From assembly GCA_964291285.2 (NCBI GenBank), contig OZ219788.1:576001-640000 (forward strand): a stretch of 64,000 nt of DNA, written 5' to 3'. The position numbers and the translations under genes are program-made. Shown piece by piece: positions 1 through 8,875 of this stretch. The DNA is from Alphaproteobacteria bacterium. GTDB lineage: Bacteria; Pseudomonadota; Alphaproteobacteria; Bin95. Under the pieces are notes generated by a model. That model was not told where the DNA came from and did not search any database. It saw only the letters and a list, made by a program, of their open reading frames with translations. Within the stretch, counting starts at the first letter, position 1, and every line of letters starts with the position of its first letter.

Positions 1-696
1 GGCCATGCCCCAGAGCGGCAGGATGAACAGCCACCCGTAGACGACAAGCCCGCCCCAGATCAGCATGAAGCCGAGCTTCTCGTGGATCAGGTCGTAGGTG
101 TAGAGCTGGACGCGCTCGAAGACGAAATAGTCCAGCACGTAGAATGTGAAGAACGCCGCATACAGGAAGACGCCGGGATTGGCGTCCGCGCCGAAGCGCT
201 CATAGTGGTACGCGGCGCCGGAAAGCGCGTTGAGCGCGAACATCGTCCCGCCGACGACATAGAGATACATCTTCACGTCGAAGCGGCCGTTGAAGAGGGC
301 GATCTCCAGCGCCCGCCCGTGCCAGAGGTCGGCGGCCAGGCTTCCGGTTTTCGCCTTCGGCCGGCCGCACACGGCCAGGACGGTGAAGACCGCGGAGAAC
401 ACCGTGCCGCCGATCACGGCCGGGATCGTGGACCTGTAGAACCAGTCATGCGGCAGGCCGGTGATCCCGGACGCCCACACGGCCAGCGCAAGCGCGAACA
501 CCAGGATGCCGTTCAGGCGGTATTCGCGGGGTTTGCCGGTCTCCGGATCGATGACGTAGCCGGGCACCCGCCTTGCCGGAAGGACGAGTTGCGCTGTGAG
601 AAAAACGGCAAAGACCGCGAGCGGGGTGAAGAAGCCGGCAATCGCCTCCGCCCGCGAGAGCTCGAAAAGGTGGCCGATGCCAAGCGCCTCGATCAC
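1..696 (-). CDS. ERG4/ERG24-family sterol reductase-like membrane protein (3'-partial, runs off window)
   Basis: Not in ORF track. Manual translation from GTG 696 (after GAGGGG RBS): VIEALGIGHLFE...YRLNG...FNGRFDVKMY...ERVQLYTYDLIHEKLGFMLIWGGL, which resembles ERG24/DHCR motifs; many TM segments. Confidence 0.75.
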   Translation of the reverse strand, partial: MIEALGIGHLFELSRAEAIAGFFTPLAVFAVFLTAQLVLPARRVPGYVIDPETGKPREYRLNGILVFALALAVWASGITGLPHDWFYRSTIPAVIGGTVFSAVFTVLAVCGRPKAKTGSLAADLWHGRALEIALFNGRFDVKMYLYVVGGTMFALNALSGAAYHYERFGADANPGVFLYAAFFTFYVLDYFVFERVQLYTYDLIHEKLGFMLIWGGLVVYGWLFILPLWGMA

Positions 697-913
697 GGCC
701 GGCCCCTCTTTCTCCGGCAATGCGGCGATTGTGGATTTCGCCGCCGGAGCGGTCAATTGCGCGCAGCATAACGGCGCCGCAGAAGGCCGACAGCTCGTGC
801 CTGCCGGTTGTACTGCACGCCGTCCCGTCGTCGGGAAAGCCGGAGGCCGGTGACGTCAGACCGGCGCTCTTACCGGCACGATGCGTGCCTGGAGAGAGCG
901 CCGCTGGCGACGG

Positions 914-1123
914 CTAGGAGGTGATGGTGAGGTCCTCGGCCGCGGACTTGCCGTTGCGTCCGGGCCTGAGCTCGTAGCTGACCTTCTGCCCTTCGTTGAG
1001 CGTGGAGAGCCCGGCCCTCTCGACGGCCGAGATGTGGACGAAGGCGTCGCTCGAGCCGTCTTCCGGCTCGATGAACCCGTAACCCTTGGTAGCGTTGAAC
1101 CACTTGACGGTGCCGGTAGGCAT
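914..1123 (-). CDS. cspA: cold-shock protein
   Basis: GTVKWFN..KGYGFI (RNP1) and AFVHIS (RNP2), 69 aa. Confidence 0.97.
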   Translation of the reverse strand: MPTGTVKWFNATKGYGFIEPEDGSSDAFVHISAVERAGLSTLNEGQKVSYELRPGRNGKSAAEDLTITS

Positions 1124-1307
1124 GTTCGATTTCTCCAGACGGTGGAATTTCGCGCGTCGCGGCGCGCGACAAGGTTGTTGGTTGACGTCCGCATTGTTGG
1201 GGGGATGCCGGTCGGACCGGCGAACCGGTCTGCGGAGAGCACCGGACGAATGCAGCGTGCCGGTGCGGTGTGCCGCCTCCGGGCCGCAAAGTCAAGCCGT
1301 CCGCGCG

Positions 1308-2339
1308 CTATCTCCCGGCGCGCATCCCGCCGAGCGCCGCTTCCACGTCGAAGGACGGGGTGCGTCCTTCCTGGGGCTCTATGCCTTCGGGCGCTATTTC
1401 GGGCACGGTCGGGCGCATGTCCGCGTTCCTGAGCCATAGCCTGAGCAGGTGGCGGCGCCGCTCCGGCTCCTCCCAGTCCTCGAAGGCCGTGCGGGCGTGC
1501 AGGTGGGTGAAATTGTTGAACCAGAGGATCTCGCCCGGCTCCAGCGTGAACCGCAATTGCAGCGCGTCGCTGTTCGCCGCCGCCAGGAAGGCCTCGACGG
1601 CCTCTTCCGCGAACCCGCCGAGCGGCTCCCCTTTCGCCTCCTGGCCGAGAACGGCGTAGGTCCGGACCCAGCGGCAGCTGACCTTGCCGTCCGCGGACGA
1701 ATAGACCGGCACCTTCCAGGGCGTGACCGGGTCCTCGCCGGGCGCCTCCTCGCCGCGCCGGTGCATGTAGAAGCCCTCATAGAGCCGTTCCAGATAGTCC
1801 GGCCGCTCCGCGAGCAGCCGGTTGTGCACGGCGAGCGCGCTGGTCAGGTGCGACACGCCGCCCCTCCTCGCCGCGCGGAGGCTGAACAGGCCGACGACAT
1901 GCGCGCGGTCCGTGTGGGGGTCCAGTTCCCTGCGGTTGCGGTAGGCGCGCGCGTGGGGGTCCTCGCGCGTCACGTCCCGGACATGGCCCAGCCGGTCGCC
2001 GAGCACGCTCTGCGACATGCCGGTCCCGAGCCGCGTGCCCATCGCCCAGTAGACCCGCTCCGCATCCTCCTGGCGCCAGCGCTCGACCGGCAGCCCCGCC
2101 ATCACCGCGAAGCCGCGCCCGTCTCGCAGTTCGTCGTACAGACCGGCCAGCCGGGCCCCGACCAGCGGGCAGCGGAAATCCTCGCGGCCGATATCGTCGA
2201 GCGTCCTGCCCTCGCGGTCCATCTCCCGGATGAAGCCGTCAAGCTCGTCGATCTCGGCCGCCGTCAGCCGGACCGTATAGTCCTCCGGGCCGGCGAAATC
2301 CCCGACGGTCCAGAAAGCGCCTTCGTCAACCGCCTGCAT
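1308..2339 (-). CDS. TauD/TfdA-family Fe(II)/2-oxoglutarate dioxygenase
   Basis: HTD facial-triad motif; C-terminal NN..HLHART..RHLLRLWL. Confidence 0.88.
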   Translation of the reverse strand: MQAVDEGAFWTVGDFAGPEDYTVRLTAAEIDELDGFIREMDREGRTLDDIGREDFRCPLVGARLAGLYDELRDGRGFAVMAGLPVERWRQEDAERVYWAMGTRLGTGMSQSVLGDRLGHVRDVTREDPHARAYRNRRELDPHTDRAHVVGLFSLRAARRGGVSHLTSALAVHNRLLAERPDYLERLYEGFYMHRRGEEAPGEDPVTPWKVPVYSSADGKVSCRWVRTYAVLGQEAKGEPLGGFAEEAVEAFLAAANSDALQLRFTLEPGEILWFNNFTHLHARTAFEDWEEPERRRHLLRLWLRNADMRPTVPEIAPEGIEPQEGRTPSFDVEAALGGMRAGR

Positions 2340-2514
2340 CGCGTCCCTCCCGCAAGGTTTCCCGCGCGTCGCAGCATCGCCGCCGGTCCGCCTGCCGGCA
2401 TATTGGCCATGCCGAACGCGGCGGGGTCAAGCACCGGCCCGGAAAGCGGCAGCGGTTTGTGCGCGCACTCGGGAAGGTGTATGATTTCGAAAATCATGCA
2501 CATGGGACGCGGCG

Positions 2515-2709
2515 ATGCGCACCAATATCGACATCGATGACGCCCTGATGGCGGAGGTCATGGAAGCGGGCGGCTTCAAGACCAAGAAGGCCGCGGTCGA
2601 GGAGAGTTTGCGCCTGTTTGCGCGCACGCTGTCGCAGGGGCGCCTGCGCGCGCTCCACGGCAAGCTGGACTGGGAAGGCTCCCTCGACGACATGCGGCGC
2701 GACCGGTGA
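2515..2709 (+). CDS. vapB: VapB antitoxin
   Basis: MRTNIDIDDALM..KTKKAAVEE; 4-bp overlap with PIN toxin. Confidence 0.9.
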   Translation: MRTNIDIDDALMAEVMEAGGFKTKKAAVEESLRLFARTLSQGRLRALHGKLDWEGSLDDMRRDR

Positions 2710-3095
2710 TCGTCGTCGATTCCTCGGTCTGGATCGACTATTTCAGGGGCGTCGATACGCGCGAGGCGATGCTGCTGCACAGCCTGCTCGGCAGGGAACC
2801 GGTCGTCATCGGCGATCTGGTCCTTGCGGAGGTTCTGCAGGGTTTCCGGCGCGAACGCGATCTCCGCCGGGCCGAGGCGGCGTTGCAGACGCTGATCTTC
2901 GAGCCGATGGTCGGCCGCGCCGTCGCAATGGCGAGTGCGCGCAACTATCGCGCCTTGCGGGCCGTCGGCGTCACGGTGCGCAAGACCATCGACGTGCTGA
3001 TCGCCACGTTCTGCATGGAGAACGGCCACGCGCTGCTTCACGCGGACCGCGATTTCGATCCGCTGGAGCGTCATCTCGGATTGCAGACCCTCTGA
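2706..3095 (+). CDS. vapC: VapC PIN-domain toxin
   Basis: VDSSVWID..EVLQG..KTIDVLIA..DRDF. Confidence 0.93.
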   Translation: MIVVDSSVWIDYFRGVDTREAMLLHSLLGREPVVIGDLVLAEVLQGFRRERDLRRAEAALQTLIFEPMVGRAVAMASARNYRALRAVGVTVRKTIDVLIATFCMENGHALLHADRDFDPLERHLGLQTL

Positions 3096-3104
3096 GGCGC
3101 CGCC

Positions 3105-3920
3105 ATGCGCAGCGACGTTGCCGAGCTTCGCGCCTTCTACGACGGCCCGCTGGGGCAGGCGGCGGGGCTCGTGCTGGCGGAGCGGGTGCGGCGGCGCTGG
3201 CCGGCGCTCGGCGGGATGCAGGTGCTGGGGCTCGGCTATGCGCCGCCGCTGCTGGACGGGCTCGGCGGCGGCGCGGCGCCCGCGCTGGCGGCGATGCCGG
3301 CGGGACAGGGCGCGCTGCGCTGGCCGGCGGAGGGCCGCTGCCGGACGGTGCTGACGGAGGAGGACGCGCTGCCCTTTCCCGACCTCGCCTTCGACCGGGT
3401 GCTGCTCGCCCACGATGTCGAGACCTCGGACCATCTGGCGGGGCGGCTGCGCGAGATCTGGCGCATCCTGGCGGCGGAGGGCCGGCTGATGGTCATCGCG
3501 CCGAGCCGCCGCGGCCTCTGGGCGCGGTTCGAGCACACGCCCTTCGGCCACGGCCGGCCCTGGTCGCGCTCGCAACTGGAGCGGCTGCTGCGCGGAGCGA
3601 TGTTCGAGCCGCTCGGCAGCGAGGAGGCGCTGTTCGCCCCGCCGCTCCGCCGGCTGGTGCGGCCCGGCGCGGCGGAGGCCTGGGAGCGCTTCGGGCGGCG
3701 CTGCCTGCCGGTGTTCGGCGGGGTGGTGATCGCCGAGGCGGCGAAGCGGCTGGCCGGCGTGACGCCGGTGCCTGCGAGGGCCCGGCGGCGCCTCCTGCAG
3801 GGCGTGCTTACGCCGCAGCCGAGCGGCGCTCCTCGCTGCGGGCCGCCTCCCAGCCGATCAGCGCCGCCTTGCGGGCCAGCCCCCACTCGTAATTGTGGAG
3901 ATAGCCGTTCGCCAGGATGA
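3105..3920 (+). CDS. class I SAM-dependent methyltransferase-like protein (type 11)
   Basis: LGLGYA, ALPFPDLAFDRVLL, TPFGHGRPWS; 3' end overlaps the convergent ada gene. Confidence 0.85.
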   Translation: MRSDVAELRAFYDGPLGQAAGLVLAERVRRRWPALGGMQVLGLGYAPPLLDGLGGGAAPALAAMPAGQGALRWPAEGRCRTVLTEEDALPFPDLAFDRVLLAHDVETSDHLAGRLREIWRILAAEGRLMVIAPSRRGLWARFEHTPFGHGRPWSRSQLERLLRGAMFEPLGSEEALFAPPLRRLVRPGAAEAWERFGRRCLPVFGGVVIAEAAKRLAGVTPVPARARRRLLQGVLTPQPSGAPRCGPPPSRSAPPCGPAPTRNCGDSRSPG

Positions 3921-4659
3921 CCCGGTGGCAGGGCACCAGCCAGGAGACCGGGTTGCGCCCGATGGCGGCGCCGACCGCCCGCGCCGCGCGCGGCGCGCCG
4001 ACCGCCGCCGCCACATCGCCATAGGTGGCGAGCGCGCCCGGCGGAATCCGCAGCAGGGCGTCCCAGACGCGGATCTGGAAATTGGTGCCGTGCAGGCAGA
4101 GCGGCAGCGCCGGCGCGCCGGCCTTCGGCTCGAATATGCGCCCGGCGAGCGCAGCAGTCTCGTCCGGCGCCTCCATGAAGGCCGCAGCCGGCCAGCGCCG
4201 GCGCATGTTCTCCAGCCCCGCGCGCTCTTCCCCCTCGGCGGCGAAGGCAAGCCCGCAAACGCCCCGGTCGGTCGCCATCAGCAGGCAGCGGCCGAAGGGC
4301 GAGTCGTGGATGCCGTAGCGGATGGCGAGCCCCGCCCCGCGCCGCTTGTAGTCGCCGGGGGTGACGGCCTCGTGGGTGACGAACAGGTCGTGCAGCCGGC
4401 CGGGGCCGGAAAGGCCGGCGTCCCAGGAGGCCTCCAGCACGCTGGCGTTCTCGGCCAGGCTGGCCTTGGCGCGCTCCAGGGTCAGATATTGCAGGAACCT
4501 GGTCGGGCTGATGCCGACCCAGCGGCGGAAGGTGCGCTGGAAATGGTGCGGGCTCATGCAGGCGGCGGCGGCCATCTCGTCGAGGCCCGGCTGGTCGGCC
4601 TGGTTCTCGGCGATCATGGCGAGCGCGGCTTCGATGCGGGAATAGAGGCTCATGGACAT
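3808..4659 (-). CDS. ada: bifunctional AraC-type HTH / O6-methylguanine-DNA methyltransferase
   Basis: SPHHFQRTFRRWVGISP HTH; GTNFQIRVW and PCHRV active site; start trimmed to MSMSLY. Confidence 0.9.
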   Translation of the reverse strand: MSMSLYSRIEAALAMIAENQADQPGLDEMAAAACMSPHHFQRTFRRWVGISPTRFLQYLTLERAKASLAENASVLEASWDAGLSGPGRLHDLFVTHEAVTPGDYKRRGAGLAIRYGIHDSPFGRCLLMATDRGVCGLAFAAEGEERAGLENMRRRWPAAAFMEAPDETAALAGRIFEPKAGAPALPLCLHGTNFQIRVWDALLRIPPGALATYGDVAAAVGAPRAARAVGAAIGRNPVSWLVPCHRVILANGYLHNYEWGLARKAALIGWEAARSEERRSAAA

Positions 4660-4759
4660 GGGGCCGGGGTCTCCTTGCCGGGTCATGGGGCCGAAGCTAG
4701 GATCGGCCCGGCGCCTCCGCCACCCGATGCTTGCGCTTTTTCGCCGGGAGAGACAAGCC

Positions 4760-5647
4760 ATGCGCCTTACCCTGCTCGGCACCGGCACGCCCGCGCCCTC
4801 GCTCAGGCGCATGGGTTCCGGCTATCTGGTCGAGACCGGCGGCGACACTATCGTGCTCGACCACGGGCCGGGGGCGCACCACCGGCTGCTGGAGGCCGGC
4901 AGGCGGGCGGTCGACGTCACCCACTGCTTCCTCACCCACCTGCATTACGACCACTGCATGGACTATGCGCGCCTGGTGATGAACCGCTGGGACCAGGGCG
5001 CGGGCAAACTGGCGGAACTGCAGGTGTTCGGCCCGCCGCCGACCGCGCGCATGACCGATCTCCTGTTCTCGCCGGAGGGGGTTTACGGCCCCGACATCGA
5101 GGCGCGCACCCGCCACCGCTGCAGCCTCGACGTCTACGAAGCGCGCGGCGGCGCCGGCGCGCGCGCCCGGCCGGACCCGCAGGTGCGCGAGGTCGGCCCC
5201 GGCGATGTCGTCGAGGGCAGGGACTGGCGCGTGACGGTGGGCGAGGGCTGGCATTTCCAGCCCTACCTGCAATGCCTCGCCTATCGCATCGACGCAGAGG
5301 CCGGCTCGATCTGCTATTCCGGCGACAGCGGCGGCGTGTGCCCCGGCATCGTGGAGCTGGCGCGGGGCGCGGACGTTCTGGTCCACATGAACCATTTCTT
5401 CACCGGCACCGAGCCCTCGCCGGAATACCGCCGCGCCTGCGGCAACCATATGGACACCGCGCAGGTGGCGGCGGAGGCGGGCGTGGCGACCCTGGTGCTG
5501 ACGCACATCACCAGCCAGATCGACACGCCCGTCATGCGCTCGCGCATCTTGCGCGAGATGTCGCCGGTGTTCGGCGGCGATATCGTGTGGGGCGAGGACC
5601 TGATGGAGGTCCCGGTCCGGCAGGCGGCCCTCGGGCGCATCGACTGA
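4760..5647 (+). CDS. MBL-fold metallo-hydrolase (RNase Z/AtsA-like)
   Basis: LLGTGTP, THLHYDH, YSGDS, LTH. Confidence 0.88.
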   Translation: MRLTLLGTGTPAPSLRRMGSGYLVETGGDTIVLDHGPGAHHRLLEAGRRAVDVTHCFLTHLHYDHCMDYARLVMNRWDQGAGKLAELQVFGPPPTARMTDLLFSPEGVYGPDIEARTRHRCSLDVYEARGGAGARARPDPQVREVGPGDVVEGRDWRVTVGEGWHFQPYLQCLAYRIDAEAGSICYSGDSGGVCPGIVELARGADVLVHMNHFFTGTEPSPEYRRACGNHMDTAQVAAEAGVATLVLTHITSQIDTPVMRSRILREMSPVFGGDIVWGEDLMEVPVRQAALGRID

Positions 5648-5669
5648 CAGGGCGGGGAAGGCGGGCACG

Positions 5670-6725
5670 ATGAACGACATCCATAATGCGGGACCGGCCC
5701 CGGTCCAGACGCCGCAATGCTGGTACGGGCCGGACATGGCGCGCCGGCCGGAGCTCTGGACGCACGAGCTCGCGGCCGGAGAAGTCGCCGAAATCGAGGC
5801 GGCCGTGGCGCGCCTCGACGATGTGCCCGTCCTGGAGATCGCCCGCGCGCCGCTGCCGGGGCTGGAGGAGCGGCTTGCCCGCGTCCGGGAGGAGGCGCTG
5901 CACGGCATCGGCTTCCAGGTGATCCGCGGCCTGCCGGTCGGGCGCTGGACGGTCGGGCGGGCGGCGGCGGCCTTCTGGCTGCTCGGCCTGCACCTGGGCG
6001 AGGCGGTCTCGCAGAACGGCAAGGGCCACGTGCTCGGCCATGTCCGCGACCTCGGCCTCGACTACAGCCTGGCGGAGACGCGCGGCTACCAGACCAGCGC
6101 GCGCCTGCCCTACCACACCGACCAGTCGGACCTCGCCTGCCTGCTCTGCCTGCGCACGGCGCGCGAGGGCGGGCTGTCCTCGCTGGTGAGTTCGGTCACG
6201 GTCTGGAACGAGATGGTCCGCCGCCGGCCGGACCTGGCGGCGGCGCTCTGCCGTCCCGTCGCCCGCACCCGCTGGGGCGAGGTGCCGGCCGGCCGCAGGC
6301 CCTGGGCGGAGGTGCCGGTCTTCCTGCCCTGGCGGGGCAATGTGGTCACGACCTACACGCGCAGCGCGGTCGAGAAGGCGCGGCCGATGCCCGGCCCGCC
6401 GGAGCCCTCGGCGCTCCAGACCGAAGCGATGGACATGATCGACGCGCTCGCCGCCGACCCGGCGCTGCACCTCGACATGGCGCTGGAGGAGGGCGACCTC
6501 CAGATCGTCTCCAACCACCGCATCCTGCATTCGCGCACGGCCTATCTGGACTGGCAGGAGCCGGAGCGCAAACGCCACATGCTGCGCCTCTGGCTCGCCT
6601 GCGCCGACGGGCCGGACCTGCCGCCGCCGATGACGGAGGAATACCAGGAGGCGACGGCATCGGGGCGCCCGAACGGCATCAACGTGCCGGGCGTGCCCTT
6701 TTCCGCGCCGCTCGCCGCGAATTAG
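5670..6725 (+). CDS. TauD/TfdA-family dioxygenase
   Basis: YHTD; NHRILHSRT..RHMLRLWL. Confidence 0.88.
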   Translation: MNDIHNAGPAPVQTPQCWYGPDMARRPELWTHELAAGEVAEIEAAVARLDDVPVLEIARAPLPGLEERLARVREEALHGIGFQVIRGLPVGRWTVGRAAAAFWLLGLHLGEAVSQNGKGHVLGHVRDLGLDYSLAETRGYQTSARLPYHTDQSDLACLLCLRTAREGGLSSLVSSVTVWNEMVRRRPDLAAALCRPVARTRWGEVPAGRRPWAEVPVFLPWRGNVVTTYTRSAVEKARPMPGPPEPSALQTEAMDMIDALAADPALHLDMALEEGDLQIVSNHRILHSRTAYLDWQEPERKRHMLRLWLACADGPDLPPPMTEEYQEATASGRPNGINVPGVPFSAPLAAN

Positions 6726-6827
6726 GTTGGGCCCGGCCGGGGCGGGTGCTATGGTCCGCCCCCCGCGCCGGGAGGTTGTCCCGGACGCCCGTCGCCGCGC
6801 CGGACGCGGTATAGGATTGCCCTGCAA

Positions 6828-7301
6828 ATGACCGCGAAGACCGTCAAGTTCCTGCTGTCCGACGGCAGCACGATCCATGTCGAAACCGCCGGCGAGGCGG
6901 AGGAGGCCGAGCAGGCCGCGTCCGGCGGCGTGGAGGTCGTGCCGCGCTTCGAGCGCGCCGCCTCGCGCCTGCAGCCGCTGGCCGGAACCCTGCTGGAGCA
7001 GGTGAAGGCCGCCGAGCCGGGCAAGGTCGCCATCGCGTTCGCGCTCAAGTTCGACGCCGCCGGCGAGCCGGTGGTGGCGGCCGGAGACGAGGGTGCGGCG
7101 TTCCGCATCACGCTCGAATGGCAGCGCGGCGGCCGGCCGGCGGACCGGCAGGGCGACCGCCAGCGGGGCCGTCCCTTCGACGACAGGCGGGGCGGGGGCG
7201 GCTACGACGACCGCCGCGGCGGCTATGACGACCGGCGGGGCCCGCCGAGGGGCGGCGGCCCGAGGCGCCCCGGCTTCCGCAAGGACCGGGACCGGGACTG
7301 A
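6828..7301 (+). CDS. Trypco1/CU044_2847-like small protein with RGG/DDRRGG low-complexity tail
   Basis: DGSTIHVE...FERAASRLQPLA...VAIAFALKFDA...FRITLEW pattern, then a repeat tail. Confidence 0.55.
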   Translation: MTAKTVKFLLSDGSTIHVETAGEAEEAEQAASGGVEVVPRFERAASRLQPLAGTLLEQVKAAEPGKVAIAFALKFDAAGEPVVAAGDEGAAFRITLEWQRGGRPADRQGDRQRGRPFDDRRGGGGYDDRRGGYDDRRGPPRGGGPRRPGFRKDRDRD

Positions 7302-7307
7302 TCCGCT

Positions 7308-7748
7308 CTACTGGACGCCGGCGGGCTGGCTGAAGCGCCCGACATTGCCGAGTATCTGTTCCAGAATGGTGATCGAATGGCCGGCCGTCGGCGTCTCGCG
7401 GCTGACCAGAACGACCTCGCGGCCGCTCCTGGCGTCCTTGGTCCCGATCTCGGAAAGCAGGCCGCCATCGTCGAAGCGCAGGATGAGGATATGGCGTTCG
7501 ATCAGTTCGGGATCCAGGAACGCCTCGCTCCATGTCGTCTCGCCGATATAGTACCAGGTGTTGTCGTCAAGGGCGGCCATGCTGGAGGGCGATCCGAGCG
7601 CCTGCAGCACCTCATCGCGCGTCGCCGTGCCCGAGGCGAGCTTCCCCACCGCCTGTTTCGGCACCACATAGCCCCGATGGTCGATGGCGGGCGCGCACCC
7701 GGCCAGGACGAGGCCAAGCGCGACAAGCATGGCGGCAATCCGTATCAT
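7308..7748 (-). CDS. bamE: outer membrane protein assembly factor BamE
   Basis: lipobox LAGC; HRGY, LGSPS, WYYI; ETPTAGHSITILEQILGN. Confidence 0.92.
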   Translation of the reverse strand: MIRIAAMLVALGLVLAGCAPAIDHRGYVVPKQAVGKLASGTATRDEVLQALGSPSSMAALDDNTWYYIGETTWSEAFLDPELIERHILILRFDDGGLLSEIGTKDARSGREVVLVSRETPTAGHSITILEQILGNVGRFSQPAGVQ

Positions 7749-7783
7749 GGCGACGCTTCCCCGCTCCGGAGTTCCGCTTCTTG

Positions 7784-8347
7784 ATGGCGAGACGAGGCCC
7801 CGCTGTCAATCTCGGCGCGTTGAAACGCCTGATTTTCGGGCGGCAGCCCGCGGATGCGGCATGGACGCTCTACCGCGCTGCCGTCGATGCGGCGCGCCGG
7901 CCGGCGGTCATGCTGGCGCTCGGCGTGCCGGACACGCTGGACGGGCGGTTCGAGCTGGTGACGCTGCATGCGGCGCTGCTGCTGCGGCGCCTGCAGCGCG
8001 CGCCGGCGCTGGCGGGGCTGGGCCAGGGGCTGGTGGACCTGTTCGTCGCCGACATGGACCAGAGCCTGAGGGAAATGGGCGCGGGCGACCTCTCGGTCGG
8101 AAAGAAGGTGAGGCGGATGGCATCGGCCTTTTACGGCCGGCTGGACGCCTACAGCGACGGGCTCGACCGCGGCGGCGACCTCGCCGCGGCGGCCGAGCGC
8201 AACCTTTACGGCACGCTGGAGGCCGCGCCCGGACAGGCGGCGCGCGCGGCCGCCTATATCCGCGCGGTCGAGGCGGCGCTGGCCGCGCAGGAGGACGCCG
8301 CGCTTGCCGCCGGCGAGGTATCTTTCCCGGACGCCCCGCCATGCTGA
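7784..8347 (+). CDS. ubiquinol-cytochrome c chaperone (Cbp3-like)
   Basis: GVPDTLDGRFE..DMDQSLREMGAGDLSVGKK; conserved divergent synteny with bamE; start uncertain. Confidence 0.88.
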   Translation: MARRGPAVNLGALKRLIFGRQPADAAWTLYRAAVDAARRPAVMLALGVPDTLDGRFELVTLHAALLLRRLQRAPALAGLGQGLVDLFVADMDQSLREMGAGDLSVGKKVRRMASAFYGRLDAYSDGLDRGGDLAAAAERNLYGTLEAAPGQAARAAAYIRAVEAALAAQEDAALAAGEVSFPDAPPC

Positions 8348-8850
8348 CCCGCCGGATCGCCCGCCCCGAGGCCGAGGCGCGCATCGAGGCCCGTGCGACG
8401 AAGACGGAATGCCGGGACCTGGCAACGCTTTTCGACCTGCCGGCGGTGCATTCCGTCGAAGCGGTCTTCACCGTCCGGCCGCTGCCGGAGGGCGCGCTCG
8501 AACTGGAAGGCCGGGTGGCGGCCCGGCTCCGGCGGCTCTGCGTGGTGACGGCAGAGCTCTTCGACGAGGACTTCGCCGAGCCGGAGCGGCGGCACTACCT
8601 GCCGGGGCCGGTCGAGGCGGATGCGCGCGAGATCGAGGTCGCCGCGCTGGAGGAGGATGCGCCCGAACCGCTGCCGCCCGACGGCGTCGATCTTCTGGAG
8701 CTGGTCTCGGAGGTGCTGGCGCTCGGCCTCGACCCGCATCCCCGCGCCCCCGGCGCCGACATCGCCGAACTCGACTACGAGCCGGAAGCGGACGAAGAAC
8801 CGACGGGCCCCTTCGCCGGGCTGGCGGCATTGAAGGAACCGGACGAGTGA
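8341..8850 (+). CDS. DUF177/YceD family protein
   Basis: CVVT, LALGLDPHPRAPGA, GPFAGLAALK. Confidence 0.85.
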   Translation: MLTRRIARPEAEARIEARATKTECRDLATLFDLPAVHSVEAVFTVRPLPEGALELEGRVAARLRRLCVVTAELFDEDFAEPERRHYLPGPVEADAREIEVAALEEDAPEPLPPDGVDLLELVSEVLALGLDPHPRAPGADIAELDYEPEADEEPTGPFAGLAALKEPDE

Positions 8851-8875
8851 GGGCACGGGACGTGGAATCGCTGCG

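Noticed and set aside
3808-3920. 113-bp convergent overlap of the methyltransferase and ada as a regulatory feature
   Set aside because: The overlapping tail is low-complexity; stop-codon drift in high-GC DNA is the simpler explanation.
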